Of a stretch of DNA of 64,000 bases, positions 1-9,439 are shown in pieces (positions within the stretch are counted from its first letter, which is position 1; each line of letters opens with the position of its first letter). The stretch comes from Desulfobacterales bacterium. GTDB lineage: Bacteria; Desulfobacterota; Desulfobacteria; Desulfobacterales; SG8-13. The stretch covers positions 26,860 through 90,859 of the forward strand of contig DAXETY010000002.1 in NCBI GenBank assembly GCA_051155755.1, given 5' to 3'. The translations under genes were made by a program, and so were the position numbers. Below the pieces are notes generated by a model. The model was not told where the DNA came from, did no database searches, and saw only the letters and a list, made by a program, of their open reading frames with translations.

Positions 1-127
1 GCAAATCGTAGTTCCGGTGACCCATAATAAAGCCCGTGGCTCATGGGAAAAGGCAAAAAGGATTTTTCGCCGTTTCGCTCACTCGCCGTTTCGCCGTTTC
101 AATTTCTCCGCGGCACTCCAAATCAAT

Positions 128-163
128 AACCAATTGAACCAATAAAACCAATGAAACCGGTTC
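128..163. repeat. tandem 9-bp-register repeat, AACCAATNN x3 plus a degenerate fourth unit
   Basis: AACCAAT at 128, 137 and 146, and AACCGGT at 155, with exact 9-nt spacing. Read directly from the sequence. Confidence 0.6.
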
Positions 164-234
164 TCGCCGCGGCACCGGCGAACTCCCTTATCCCCCAGGT
201 CCCGCAGAAGTACCCGTACCCCATGCCCTGTGCC

Positions 235-858
235 CTATGCCCGTGATCCGCTGCTGACACCGATCAGCCGTTGGGCCAGCAGGGCGCCGACCATGGCCAC
301 GCATTCCATGTCGAGGTAGGATTCGACCCGCGTTTCGAACAGCACCGAACAATGGACCGGGAACATGCCGTCGGCATCGTTGAAGGTCAACAGCACCGGC
401 ACCCGGGGCAGGGGATCGAAACAGCCGGTGAAATCGTAATCGAGCACCAGGCCAGACCGGCGAACGCTTAAAGCGGCGGACGCCGCCGCCAGGGACGGCA
501 ATCGAGCGCGAAAATGATCGGCGATGCGCTGCTCGACATTGGCCCTGAAATAGTCCAGCAGCGGGGCGGCATTTTGAAAATCGCGAAACGCCCGCCACCC
601 GTCTCCTTTCGGAGCCTTGGACGGACATTGCAACAGGTAACGGCTGAGAATAACACCGGTACCGTAATCGGCCGGAACTCCCCGGGGAGCATAAATGCCG
701 TCTGCCGAAACCCGATAGGGCACTCCGAAAACCGGAACCGCGATCTCGTCCCCGCGGCGCTCCACACCCAGAAGATCCGGCAGTCGATCGAGGTCGATCC
801 GCCCGATCTGCGACAGGTAATCGCGATAGTGTTTTTCGAAAATCGGAGATTTCGTCAA
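235..858 (-). CDS. DUF3786 domain-containing protein
   Basis: 3' part of ORF 235..1026. TTG at 858 has GAGGTG 4 nt upstream and avoids overlap with the upstream gene's stop at 935. The pattern IFEKHYRDYL...VPVFGVPYRVS fits my memory of DUF3786 proteins. Confidence 0.55.
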   Translation of the reverse strand: MTKSPIFEKHYRDYLSQIGRIDLDRLPDLLGVERRGDEIAVPVFGVPYRVSADGIYAPRGVPADYGTGVILSRYLLQCPSKAPKGDGWRAFRDFQNAAPLLDYFRANVEQRIADHFRARLPSLAAASAALSVRRSGLVLDYDFTGCFDPLPRVPVLLTFNDADGMFPVHCSVLFETRVESYLDMECVAMVGALLAQRLIGVSSGSRA

Positions 859-934
859 GCCACACCTCGGCTTCGATCCGGCTGGGATCCCGGTCGTCGG
901 CTGCCGGCAAACCGGAAGCCACAGCGCCACACGT

Positions 935-2191
935 TCACCCGCGTTGGGGCAACTCCGGCTGCCCATAGACCGGAAACCGCCGGCATAGCGCGGCGACCTC
1001 CGCGGCAACCGCTTCCAGCACTTCATCGCCGGCTGCGGTCAACACCCGGTCGATCAGCTCGATAATTTTTTTAACCTCGGGAGAACCCATGTTCCGGGCA
1101 ACCAGTCCCGTGGTGCCGATTCGCAAACCGCTGGTAAGCGTTGGCGGTTGGGGGTCGTTGGGCACAGCATTGCGATTGGCGACGATTCCCGCGGCCTGCA
1201 GTCGCTGCTCGGCATATTTCCCGGTAATACCGCGGGACCGCAGGTCGATGAGCACCAGGTGGTTATCGGTGCCGCCGCTGACCAGTCGATATCCGCGCGC
1301 CTTGAGTTCACGGGCCATATCGGCTGCGTGCGTCAGGATCGCCCGCTGCATTGCGACGAAATCCGGTCCGGCGGCACGAGCGAAACACAGCGCCTTGGCA
1401 GCGATCTGATTGAGCGCCGGCGTCCCCTGGACCCCCGGAAAAACCGCGGCGTCAATCGCGGCGGCATGCGCCCGGCGGCACAGGATGACCCCGCCCCGGC
1501 CGCCCATCAAGGTCTTGTAAGTGGTAAAGGTCACAAAGTCGCTCCACGGCACCGGACTGGGAATCACCCTTGCGGCCACCAGGCCGGCAATGTGCGCCAT
1601 GTCCACCATCAGGTAGGCCGAACCGTCGGATGCGATGGTCGCCAGCCGTTCATAATCGATCAAGCGGGGATAGGCACTGGCGCCGGCGATCAACAATTTC
1701 GGCCGAAACGCCCGCACCAGTTTCCGGATGCGGTCATAGTCGATCCGGCCGGTCGCCGAGTCGACGCCGTAATGCCGGCAATCGAAAAGGCGACCGGTAA
1801 GCGATGCCCCGGCCCCATGGGAGAGATGACCGCCCTGGGAGAGCTCCAGGGCGACCATCTTGTCTCCCGGCTGCAGGATGGCGGCATATACCGCCAGATT
1901 GGCGGAAGTGCCGCTATGGGGTTGTACATTGGCGTGCTCGGCTTCGAAAAGCGCCTGTGCCCGCGCAACGGCCAGCGTTTCCAGCGCATCGGAAGGGCGG
2001 CAGCCGCCGTGAAAGCGCCGTCCGGGATAGCCCTCGGCCGTCTTGGCGCAGAATACCGACCCCTGGGCTTCCAAAATGCCGATGGGCGGATGGCTTTCGG
2101 CGGCAATCAGATCCAGGGTCGTCTCGATACGGCGGGCTTCGGCTTCGATCAGGCGGGCCAGCGCCGGATCGTCCTGCTGAAGCTGATTCAT
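935..2191 (-). CDS. serine hydroxymethyltransferase-like PLP enzyme (divergent GlyA family)
   Basis: ATG at 2191 (MNQLQQ) is preceded by AAGGAGG. The protein is full-length collinear with SHMT (ANVQPHSG, GGHLSHG, VDMAHIAGLVAA, TTYKTL, VSGGTDNHL, NAVPNDP, TSGLRIGT). Several consensus motifs are substituted, so I assign no gene symbol. Confidence 0.85.
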   Translation of the reverse strand: MNQLQQDDPALARLIEAEARRIETTLDLIAAESHPPIGILEAQGSVFCAKTAEGYPGRRFHGGCRPSDALETLAVARAQALFEAEHANVQPHSGTSANLAVYAAILQPGDKMVALELSQGGHLSHGAGASLTGRLFDCRHYGVDSATGRIDYDRIRKLVRAFRPKLLIAGASAYPRLIDYERLATIASDGSAYLMVDMAHIAGLVAARVIPSPVPWSDFVTFTTYKTLMGGRGGVILCRRAHAAAIDAAVFPGVQGTPALNQIAAKALCFARAAGPDFVAMQRAILTHAADMARELKARGYRLVSGGTDNHLVLIDLRSRGITGKYAEQRLQAAGIVANRNAVPNDPQPPTLTSGLRIGTTGLVARNMGSPEVKKIIELIDRVLTAAGDEVLEAVAAEVAALCRRFPVYGQPELPQRG

Positions 2192-2289
2192 GCCCCTCCT
2201 TTCCGCCGGGTCAATTGCGATCCGGCCGGCAAGGTACCGGCACCACCACTGGTTATTCGAAGGCCGCGCCCGGTTTGAGCAAAAGGCAA

Positions 2290-2814
2290 TCAGCGGTCGA
2301 AAAAGATGTTTTTGCCGGTCACCGACAGCGGCACGCCCATCACAAAATCCCAGTCGACGATGCCAAGCTGCCGGACCACCGCTCCAATGCGATACATGAT
2401 CCGGTTGTCCACGTTGAGCTGGCCGGCCGTTTTGACCGCCGATCCAAGGGCGATGCCCATGTCCAGCAAGCGGAAGGCGCACTGGGGGCCCACAAACTCC
2501 CCGTCGCTGCGCCGGCTTTTCTGAAGGGATTTACAGTCGGCAAATCCGCAGGCACCGCAGTCCAGGCCCACCACGGCGGCATTTAGGATACCGATCAACA
2601 CCACCACGGCCGATCGTCTGACGCCGGCGGCATCGCGGTCAAAATCCTTTTTGCCGGTTCGGCGGCCATAGTCTTCCATGGCATCGGCCAGCTTCGCGAT
2701 GTCCTGCCCCTCCAGCAGCCGGGTCTGGACGTAATTTTCACCCTTGCTTTTCGGCGCCGTTGTCGCCGCAATAACCATCAGTTTTGCCACCAGATCCACA
2801 CCGTCCATGGTCAT
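2290..2814 (-). CDS. DUF2148-type ferredoxin-like domain protein
   Basis: ATG at 2814 (MTMDGVD) has GAGGA 5 nt upstream. Cys cluster GLDCGACGFADC. Resembles DUF2148 proteins as I recall them. Confidence 0.6.
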   Translation of the reverse strand: MTMDGVDLVAKLMVIAATTAPKSKGENYVQTRLLEGQDIAKLADAMEDYGRRTGKKDFDRDAAGVRRSAVVVLIGILNAAVVGLDCGACGFADCKSLQKSRRSDGEFVGPQCAFRLLDMGIALGSAVKTAGQLNVDNRIMYRIGAVVRQLGIVDWDFVMGVPLSVTGKNIFFDR

Positions 2815-3050
2815 TTTCCTCTGGACCATCCAAAAAGGAGTCGATTTCAGCACCGATTCCGGCAGTCCATTCCGGAGCCGGGCCCAACCGGGGGAGGCCA
2901 TCGGCGCCCCTTACTTTTTTTCCACACTGAGCGTTTCTACAATTCGATTCGACGGGCTGTCAAGCCGGTGATTCCAGGTCAAACCGCGCGACGGCCGGCA
3001 GCAAGCGGATCCCGGGGTTCCGTCGAGCCAGGCTGAGATTATAAGATATT

Positions 3051-3070
3051 GAAATAAATGTTTTTATTTC
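3051..3070. promoter_or_regulatory. perfect inverted repeat GAAATAAA-tgtt-TTTATTTC in a divergent intergenic region
   Basis: 8-bp arms read directly. Lies between divergently oriented genes starting at 2814 (-) and 3238 (+). Confidence 0.3.
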
Positions 3071-3237
3071 TATCTCCGCCTGCCGATTTCGCGTTGACAT
3101 CCACGGATTCGATCTTACCTTAGGCGCGGACAAAAAACATACCGATTGCTACTGATCTTCGCCCTTCCGGCAGCGTATTCAACCGGAGATTCTGGGGCGC
3201 GGTGGTGGTAAGAAATTTGAAACTGGAGGAACAATCA

Positions 3238-3915
3238 ATGGCATTTGAAACCAAAGAGGAGGTTCTGGAACGCGTACTGGAGATGGAAAAACCCAGGTGC
3301 CCTCATTGCGGGGAAGTGATGAGCATCTGGGAGGTACCTCCCATCACCTACAGCGACGGACTGGGTTGGGGCACGCCGTATCTGTTCATCTGTTTTAACG
3401 ACCAGTGCTCCCTTTACGCCCAGGGATGGGAGAATTTGAAGGAAAACTACTCCCACAACGCCTCCTATCGCTGCATGAACTATCCCGGGACCGAACAGTT
3501 CGAACTGATCCCGGTATTCAGTCCCATGGGTGCTCGCGGACAGATCATCGACGATGAAGCCATCGCAGCCCAGGAAGCCCTGCAGGAGTCGATCAAACGG
3601 GGATTTTCGGTCCTGGCGGACTGCTATGTCTCCCAGGACGGTCCGGCGGTGCTCCGGATCCTGCTCGACCCCACCGAACCCATGCGGGTGCGGTTGAAGG
3701 CCGCCGACATGATCGGCGACATCGGAGAGACCGATGCCGTAGAGGCGCTGCGCAGCCTCAAGGTGGGGAACCAGCAGCTGCAAAAGCAAATCGAATCGTC
3801 CATCGACAAAATCCACGAACGCTACTACACCCGCGAGTGCCCGTTCTGCGCCGAGCTGATCAAGGCGCGGGCCAAGGTGTGCAAACATTGCGGACGGGAT
3901 GTCGCCGGAAAATAA
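3238..3915 (+). CDS. hypothetical protein with N- and C-terminal zinc-ribbon motifs and a HEAT-like repeat
   Basis: ATG at 3238 follows GGAGGA. Motifs CPHCGEVM, CFNDQC and CPFCAELIKARAKVCKHCG. Central DPTEPMRVRLKAADMIGDIGETDAVEAL resembles PBS-lyase HEAT repeats. Confidence 0.6.
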   Translation: MAFETKEEVLERVLEMEKPRCPHCGEVMSIWEVPPITYSDGLGWGTPYLFICFNDQCSLYAQGWENLKENYSHNASYRCMNYPGTEQFELIPVFSPMGARGQIIDDEAIAAQEALQESIKRGFSVLADCYVSQDGPAVLRILLDPTEPMRVRLKAADMIGDIGETDAVEALRSLKVGNQQLQKQIESSIDKIHERYYTRECPFCAELIKARAKVCKHCGRDVAGK

Positions 3916-3945
3916 CCGAAACTACGGATGCGATTTAAAACAAGC

Positions 3946-3996
3946 GGCCGCCGAACCAGGCAGAATTGCCATCACCATCCTGGCATATCGGCGGCC
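3946..3996. terminator. hairpin between convergent genes (GGCCGCCGA ... TCGGCGGCC)
   Basis: 9-bp perfect outer stem read directly. There is no clean T-run, so termination is uncertain. Confidence 0.3.
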
Positions 3997-4014
3997 TGAA
4001 TGTTTTCAATTTGG

Positions 4015-4590
4015 TTATTCTGCGGGCGGCAGGTGGCGGGCGACGTTGACGTTTTCCACGTCGTAGGTACGAAACACGAGCCGCTCTCTCCGCAGCCGTT
4101 CCGGTGGATAGGGTACGCGTCGAATTACCTCGAGGGTTTTCACCGCCGCCTCCCGGCTGGGAATGGCTCCGAGGCCTTCGCCGATTTTCTCTCCGGATAA
4201 CGTATCCATTACGATCGCCGTATCCCCGTCGGAGACCACGGCCAGTGGAATCTGGTAACGGTCCAGCAGCCGGGCGGCGGAAACCACTTCCCGTTCCCGT
4301 GATCCCAGTGATCCCGCCACGCATTTGAGCACCATAAACCGCGTCCGACCGCCGTCGGGGCTGACCACCAGATCGACGGTGGAGCGGTAGGGACGCCCGT
4401 CGATGTCAAAAGCGATTTCCGCATCGACTTCGATATCCCGTGGTCGGTAGCCTTTCTGTTCCACCAGCAGACGTTCCACTTTCTGGCGGTTGCCCTCGGC
4501 ACCCACCTCCGCAATCATTTCTCCGGTAATGTAGTCTCGTATCATGCGGTATGGTTTCGGAAGATCGACCACGACAATGCCTCCCTGCAT
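4015..4590 (-). CDS. HsdR N-terminal-domain-like (restriction-endonuclease-fold) protein
   Basis: ATG at 4590 (MQGGIVVVDLP). About 190 aa. The sequence pattern resembles proteins annotated as type I restriction enzyme HsdR N-terminal domain-containing. No R-M partner genes are nearby. Confidence 0.5.
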   Translation of the reverse strand: MQGGIVVVDLPKPYRMIRDYITGEMIAEVGAEGNRQKVERLLVEQKGYRPRDIEVDAEIAFDIDGRPYRSTVDLVVSPDGGRTRFMVLKCVAGSLGSREREVVSAARLLDRYQIPLAVVSDGDTAIVMDTLSGEKIGEGLGAIPSREAAVKTLEVIRRVPYPPERLRRERLVFRTYDVENVNVARHLPPAE

Positions 4591-4672
4591 CCTTTGATCG
4601 CAGCGATCATGCCGCCCGGCTTTTCCGCACAGCGATCGATCTGCGAGCCGCGGTCCGGATGGCCGCGGCGGT

Positions 4673-5077
4673 TTATTCTTCGTCGATATCCGGTTGCGAC
4701 GCTGAATCGGCCTGCGGTGCCGCCGCCATGCTGGCCGTGGTGATCCGGCGGGCATCCACCCAGAGCCCTTCCAGGTCATAGAATCGCCGCACGGGATCGT
4801 AAAAAACGTGTATGACCACCTCACCGTAATCGAGCAACACCCATTGTCCTTCCCGCGCCCCTTCGACGCTGAGGGGTTTCTTTTTGCGACGTTTCAATTG
4901 CTGTTGGATGGATTCGGCGATGGCCGTCACCTGGCGGTTGGAGCGCCCGCTGCACAGGATAAACGCGTCGGCGACCGAAGTCAGCTCCCGCACGTCGAGC
5001 ACCACCAGGTCAAAGGCCTTCTTTGCCAGTGTGGATCGGACATACAGATCCACGTCGGCCGTAAAGTCATCGCTCAT
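4673..5077 (-). CDS. rsfS: ribosome silencing factor RsfS
   Basis: 134 aa. DAFILCSGRSNRQV and GQWVLLDYGEVVIHVF are typical of the RsfS/iojap family. Overlaps the nadD stop. Confidence 0.9.
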   Translation of the reverse strand: MSDDFTADVDLYVRSTLAKKAFDLVVLDVRELTSVADAFILCSGRSNRQVTAIAESIQQQLKRRKKKPLSVEGAREGQWVLLDYGEVVIHVFYDPVRRFYDLEGLWVDARRITTASMAAAPQADSASQPDIDEE

Positions 5078-5730
5078 TCGTAGAGTCCGCCTTCGACGAT
5101 ATAATCGTGTACGGTTTCCGGCAGGAGGAATCGAACCGAACGGCCGGCCTTGCGCAAGTGCCGTATGCGGGTGGAGGAGATGTCGAGCAAAGGCACTTGG
5201 TAGGGATAAACGGCTTGAAACGATGGATGGCGGAACGAACCGTCCGATTTCTCATACCGGTATGCATTGGAAATCCGATTTTTCAGGTAGTCGGCCAGCC
5301 GACTCCAGCGATCGGCGGCGTTTGTACCGGGGCGGGCCATGACAATCAATGGAACGGCTTGCAGCAGTTCCCGATACGACTTCCAGGAGTCGATTTCCAG
5401 TACGGCATCCAGTCCCACGATCAAAAACAACCGGTCTTCCCCGTACATGCGCTTTCGAAAAAAATCGATCGTGTCGATGGTGTACGATGGACCCGAGCGC
5501 TGCAGCTCCACATCCGAGACCTGAAACGCCGGACAGGGCGCAGCGGCCAGTCGTGTCATTTCCAGGCGCTGGTCGGCGTCGGCCACAGGGCCGCCTGATT
5601 TGTGCGGCGGAGTGGCGGCGGGTACCAGCCAGCAGCGATCCAGGGGAAATCCTTCCTGGACTTCGAGCACAGATCGCAAATGACCGATATGAATCGGGTC
5701 GAAGGTGCCGCCAAATAATCCGATTCGCAT
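5074..5730 (-). CDS. nadD: nicotinate-nucleotide adenylyltransferase
   Basis: MRIGLFGGTFDPIHIGHL N-terminus (HxGH motif). An alternative GTG start at 5748 is possible. Confidence 0.9.
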   Translation of the reverse strand: MRIGLFGGTFDPIHIGHLRSVLEVQEGFPLDRCWLVPAATPPHKSGGPVADADQRLEMTRLAAAPCPAFQVSDVELQRSGPSYTIDTIDFFRKRMYGEDRLFLIVGLDAVLEIDSWKSYRELLQAVPLIVMARPGTNAADRWSRLADYLKNRISNAYRYEKSDGSFRHPSFQAVYPYQVPLLDISSTRIRHLRKAGRSVRFLLPETVHDYIVEGGLYE

Positions 5731-5877
5731 TTTTATCCCGTCGGCCACCGCCGGCCCCGGCGGTTTTTCTGGTTTCCGGTTTCATCCGCCCCGTCCTGGA
5801 ATCCGGCCCGTGGGCGCCGATGATTCGCCCTCCGCTGCGGAGGCGCCTGATGAAGCGCTTGGCCGATGGCGGATGTC

Positions 5878-7017
5878 TCAAGGGTTCAGTTCGGCGGTAA
5901 TGGCAAGATTGTCGCGATGAATGACTTCGTCAAAGGGTTTGTATCCCAAGCGATTTCGGATCTGGTTGGTTTTCAGCCCCATGATCTTCCTTATATCGGC
6001 GGCGCTGTAATTGACAAGTCCGATTCCCAATACTTCTCCGTCGCGTTGAAACTCCACCGGTGCACCCACCGAAAATTCCCCCGCGACGTCACTGACGCCA
6101 CTGGGCAACAGGCTCTTGCCCCGTTTCAAAACCGCTTCGGCGGCACCGCCGTCGATGATCAGAACGCCCTGGGGTTTGAGATTGAAGGCGATCCAGGATT
6201 TGCGGCTGGCCAGTTTTTCGGCCTTGGGCTCGAAAAAGGTTCCGTATTGCTTGCCGGCAAACAGCTTCAGCAGGATATCCGGACGGCCGCCGTTGGCAAT
6301 CACCATCGGAATGCCGGCCGCGGTCAATTTGCGGGCGGCCCGGATTTTGCTGAGCATACCCCCGCGGCCAAGCGCTCCGGGAATGTCGCTGGCATATTTT
6401 TCGATGCGCTTTTCAAAGCGGGTCACCAACGGTATCAGTCGGGCGTCTTTATGGGTCCGGGGGTCTTTGTCGTAGAGGCCGTCGATGTCGGTGAGATTGA
6501 CCAGCAGATCGGCATCCATCAGCAGGGTAATCATGGATGCCAGCGTGTCGTTGTCGCCAAACTGGATCTCTTCGACCATGACCGTGTCGTTTTCGTTGAT
6601 GATCGGAATGACCTGCCAGCTCAGAAGTGTGTTTACGGTGTTGCGGGCGTTGAGATAACGTTTGCGGTTGGCCAGGTCATCGCTGGTGAGCAGTATCTGA
6701 GCCACCTTTTTCTGCTGAGCGGCGAAAGCCTTTTCGTATTCGCGCATCAATCCGGTCTGACCCACGGCCGCAACCGCCTGGCGTTTTGGAACCTCATCCG
6801 GCCGACCGGGCAGCTCGAGCCGGCGGATTCCGGAAGCCATGGCGCCGGAAGACACCAGGATGACTTCCATCCCTCTGCGAATCAGGGTGCAGACCTGGCG
6901 GCTGATGGACCGAATCGCCTTCAGATTCAATCCGTTGGTTTCGGTCAGCACGTTGCTGCCGACCTTTACGACCAACCGCCGGGCGGTTTCAAAGCAATGT
7001 TTTCTCTCCGGACTCAT
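5878..7017 (-). CDS. proB: glutamate 5-kinase
   Basis: [10 protein letters not shown], the amino-acid kinase fold pattern and a C-terminal PUA-like region. The ATG at 7017 overlaps the obg 3' end. Confidence 0.9.
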   Translation of the reverse strand: MSPERKHCFETARRLVVKVGSNVLTETNGLNLKAIRSISRQVCTLIRRGMEVILVSSGAMASGIRRLELPGRPDEVPKRQAVAAVGQTGLMREYEKAFAAQQKKVAQILLTSDDLANRKRYLNARNTVNTLLSWQVIPIINENDTVMVEEIQFGDNDTLASMITLLMDADLLVNLTDIDGLYDKDPRTHKDARLIPLVTRFEKRIEKYASDIPGALGRGGMLSKIRAARKLTAAGIPMVIANGGRPDILLKLFAGKQYGTFFEPKAEKLASRKSWIAFNLKPQGVLIIDGGAAEAVLKRGKSLLPSGVSDVAGEFSVGAPVEFQRDGEVLGIGLVNYSAADIRKIMGLKTNQIRNRLGYKPFDEVIHRDNLAITAELNP

Positions 7018-8011
7018 TTTCGGCGTCCAGCGTTGCGATAATTTTCGAAAGCAGCCGGTCGATTCCATGACCGGTTTTGGCGGATATCTCCAGAACATCT
7101 TCTTCCGACATGGCGCGGCGCATCGCCGCCGCAGCGGCTTCGGCTCCGGGAAGATCCATCTTGTTCAGTACGATGATTTGCGGTTTGCGGGACAATTCTT
7201 CCCGGTATGCGGACAGCTCGTTGCGAATGATGCGATAAGTTTCCAGCGGATCTTCCGGGTCCAGGGAAGTGGCATCCATCAGGTGCACCAGGATCCGGGT
7301 CCGTTCGATGTGTCGCAGAAAGCGGGTACCCAGCCCGGCGCCGCGGTGGGCCCCATCAATCAGCCCCGGAATGTCCGCCACGACAAACGGTTCGCGCCAG
7401 CGGGTTTGAACAACGCCGAGATTGGGGTGGAGCGTTGTGAACGGATAGTCGGCAACCTTGGGGCGGGCGGCGGAAATGGTTCGGATCAGGGTCGATTTGC
7501 CGGCATTGGGCAGTCCCACCAGGCCAACATCGGCAATCAATTTCAATTCCAGTTTCAGTTTTCTGAATTCACCGGGTTGTCCGGGGCGCACCGTCCGCGG
7601 AGCCTGATTGGTGGCGGTCTTGAAGCGGGCGTTGCCGGCACCGCCGCGACCGCCGCGGGCCGCAACCCAGTTGTCGCCGTCGCCGATCAGGTCGGCCAGC
7701 AACCGCCCGGTTTCTTCATCGTGAATCAGTGTTCCCGGGGGAACTTCGATGGTGCAATCTTCACCGTTTCGACCGGTTTTCTGTTTTCCCTGGCCGGGTT
7801 TGCCGCTGGATGCCTTGAAATGCTGTCTGAAATGAAAATCGTAAAGCGTGCGCTTGCGGGATGTCGCTCTGAGCATGACATCGCCGCCCTTGCCGCCGTC
7901 TCCGCCATCGGGACCACCGCGCGGCACGTACTTCTCGCGCCGAAAACTCATACAGCCGTTGCCGCCGTCTCCGGCTTGAACGGTAATCGTCGCTTCATCG
8001 ACAAATTTCAC
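6989..8011 (-). CDS. obgE: GTPase Obg/CgtA
   Basis: Gly-rich Obg fold ([18 protein letters not shown]). G1 [10 protein letters not shown]3 DIPGLI, G4 NKMD. Confidence 0.95.
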   Translation of the reverse strand: MKFVDEATITVQAGDGGNGCMSFRREKYVPRGGPDGGDGGKGGDVMLRATSRKRTLYDFHFRQHFKASSGKPGQGKQKTGRNGEDCTIEVPPGTLIHDEETGRLLADLIGDGDNWVAARGGRGGAGNARFKTATNQAPRTVRPGQPGEFRKLKLELKLIADVGLVGLPNAGKSTLIRTISAARPKVADYPFTTLHPNLGVVQTRWREPFVVADIPGLIDGAHRGAGLGTRFLRHIERTRILVHLMDATSLDPEDPLETYRIIRNELSAYREELSRKPQIIVLNKMDLPGAEAAAAAMRRAMSEEDVLEISAKTGHGIDRLLSKIIATLDAENESGEKTLL

Positions 8012-8262
8012 TCGGCATGCACGCTCACTCGTTTGCGGCTGCGGCCCTGGCGCTCATATGACACAACACCGTCGATCTTGGCGAACAGGGTGTAGTCTTT
8101 TCCCAGCCCGACATTCAGGCCGGGGTGAATCTTGGTGCCGACCTGACGCACGAGGATGTTGCCGGCTTTGACCTTTTGGCCGCCGAAAATTTTGATGCCT
8201 CGCCGCTGACCGGCACTGTCGCGACCGTTTTTAGAACTTCCGGCTGCTTTTTTGTGGGCCAT
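8008..8262 (-). CDS. rpmA: 50S ribosomal protein L27
   Basis: [16 protein letters not shown]...[14 protein letters not shown] at 8262 with GGAGAA upstream. Confidence 0.95.
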   Translation of the reverse strand: MAHKKAAGSSKNGRDSAGQRRGIKIFGGQKVKAGNILVRQVGTKIHPGLNVGLGKDYTLFAKIDGVVSYERQGRSRKRVSVHAE

Positions 8263-8402
8263 GATCGTTCTCCATTTGCCTCTCAAGCTCCCACAAGCGG
8301 AGAGCCTGGATAAAAACCAACCCGTTTTCCGACGGTACGGGACCCCGGCGGTTGGAAAGGTGGGGGGCTTCGGTTCAATAAATCGGGGGCCGCCCGGCGG
8401 TG

Positions 8403-8714
8403 TCAGGCGTTTATGCCGGTAATCCGCACGGCCGTGTAATATTGTCGGTGCCCCTGCTTGCGGCGGAAACGCTTGCGGCGCTTGTACTTGAACACGAGCA
8501 CCTTTTTGGCGCGGTCCTGTTCGACGATGCGTCCGTCGACCGCCGCATTTTCCACCACCGGTTGGCCGATGGTGACATTGTCGCCATCGGAAATCATCAA
8601 TACCCGGTCAAATGAAACCGATTCACCGATCTCACCGGGTATTTTTTCGATGCGAACCACATCGCCTTCTTCCACTCTGTATTGTTTGCCGCCTGTGGCA
8701 ACTACCGCATACAT
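8403..8714 (-). CDS. rplU: 50S ribosomal protein L21
   Basis: [19 protein letters not shown]-terminus. 103 aa. Confidence 0.95.
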   Translation of the reverse strand: MYAVVATGGKQYRVEEGDVVRIEKIPGEIGESVSFDRVLMISDGDNVTIGQPVVENAAVDGRIVEQDRAKKVLVFKYKRRKRFRRKQGHRQYYTAVRITGINA

Positions 8715-8770
8715 GACCTACGGCCTCCTTGATTGATATCCCCCGAGGGTCTATAGGATCGAAAAGTTGC

Positions 8771-8800
8771 TAATATGTCTGTTTTGCACTAACTTGTCAA
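8771..8800 (-). promoter_or_regulatory. sigma70-like promoter for the rplU operon
   Basis: On the minus strand, TTGACA (8800..8795), an 18-nt spacer, then ATATTA (8776..8771). About 55 nt upstream of the rplU ATG. Confidence 0.4.
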
Positions 8801-8945
8801 GTAAAACTTCCATCATGTCCATTATGGCGGCCGTCCCGTCGATGCAGCCCGGCGGCGTGCATCGACGCGATTGCCGACGACCGAAACCGACAATCTCGAA
8901 AACCCTTCAAATATCAGCCCGCCTTGCGGGTGATCGTGTGCAGAT

Positions 8946-9410
8946 ATGATAAAAATTGTCTCCATCGCAACCAGTGCTCGCAAAGGAACCCGAAAACGCT
9001 GTATCTCCAGCGCCGAGTTGGTCGCCGACCACGGCCTACGGGACGATGCCCATGCCGGTCCGTGGCACCGGCAGGTCAGCCTGCTGTCTTCCGAACGCAT
9101 CGCCGATGTCCGCGCGCAGGGTCTGGCGGTCGAATTCGGCGATTTCGCCGAGAACATCGCCACAACCGGCATTGATTGGCGGTCGGTGCCCATCGGCAGC
9201 CGCTTTCGCCTCGGCGATTCGGCCACCGTGGAAATCACCCAGATCGGCAAAGAATGCCACAATAAATGCGCCATTTATTACCGCACCGGCGATTGTATCA
9301 TGCCCCGGGAGGGCGTTTTTGCCCGGGTGCTGGAAGGCGGAACGATTCGGCTGGGCGACCGCGTCGTGCCCCTGCGCTCCCATGCCGCCGCCGAGGGTCG
9401 GCAGGAATGA
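8946..9410 (+). CDS. MOSC domain-containing protein
   Basis: 154 aa. The HGLRDDAHAG...RQVSLL...ENIATTGID pattern is typical of small MOSC proteins. Confidence 0.8.
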   Translation: MIKIVSIATSARKGTRKRCISSAELVADHGLRDDAHAGPWHRQVSLLSSERIADVRAQGLAVEFGDFAENIATTGIDWRSVPIGSRFRLGDSATVEITQIGKECHNKCAIYYRTGDCIMPREGVFARVLEGGTIRLGDRVVPLRSHAAAEGRQE

Positions 9411-9439
9411 TCATTAAAAATGACTGTAACCTAAACTGA

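Noticed and set aside
1-44. Possible start of a minus-strand gene (ATG at 44, MSHGLYYGSPELRF...) running off the left edge.
   Set aside because: Only 14 codons are visible and no Shine-Dalgarno sequence precedes it. That is not enough evidence to call a feature.
61-100. Short direct repeats checked as a CRISPR array.
   Set aside because: The repeat unit is only 8 bp with 0-8 bp spacing. There are no spacers of CRISPR length and no cas genes in the window.
4015-4590. HsdR_N-like gene considered as part of a restriction-modification or defence system.
   Set aside because: No methyltransferase, specificity subunit, helicase or other defence gene is adjacent, and it is embedded in a housekeeping operon.
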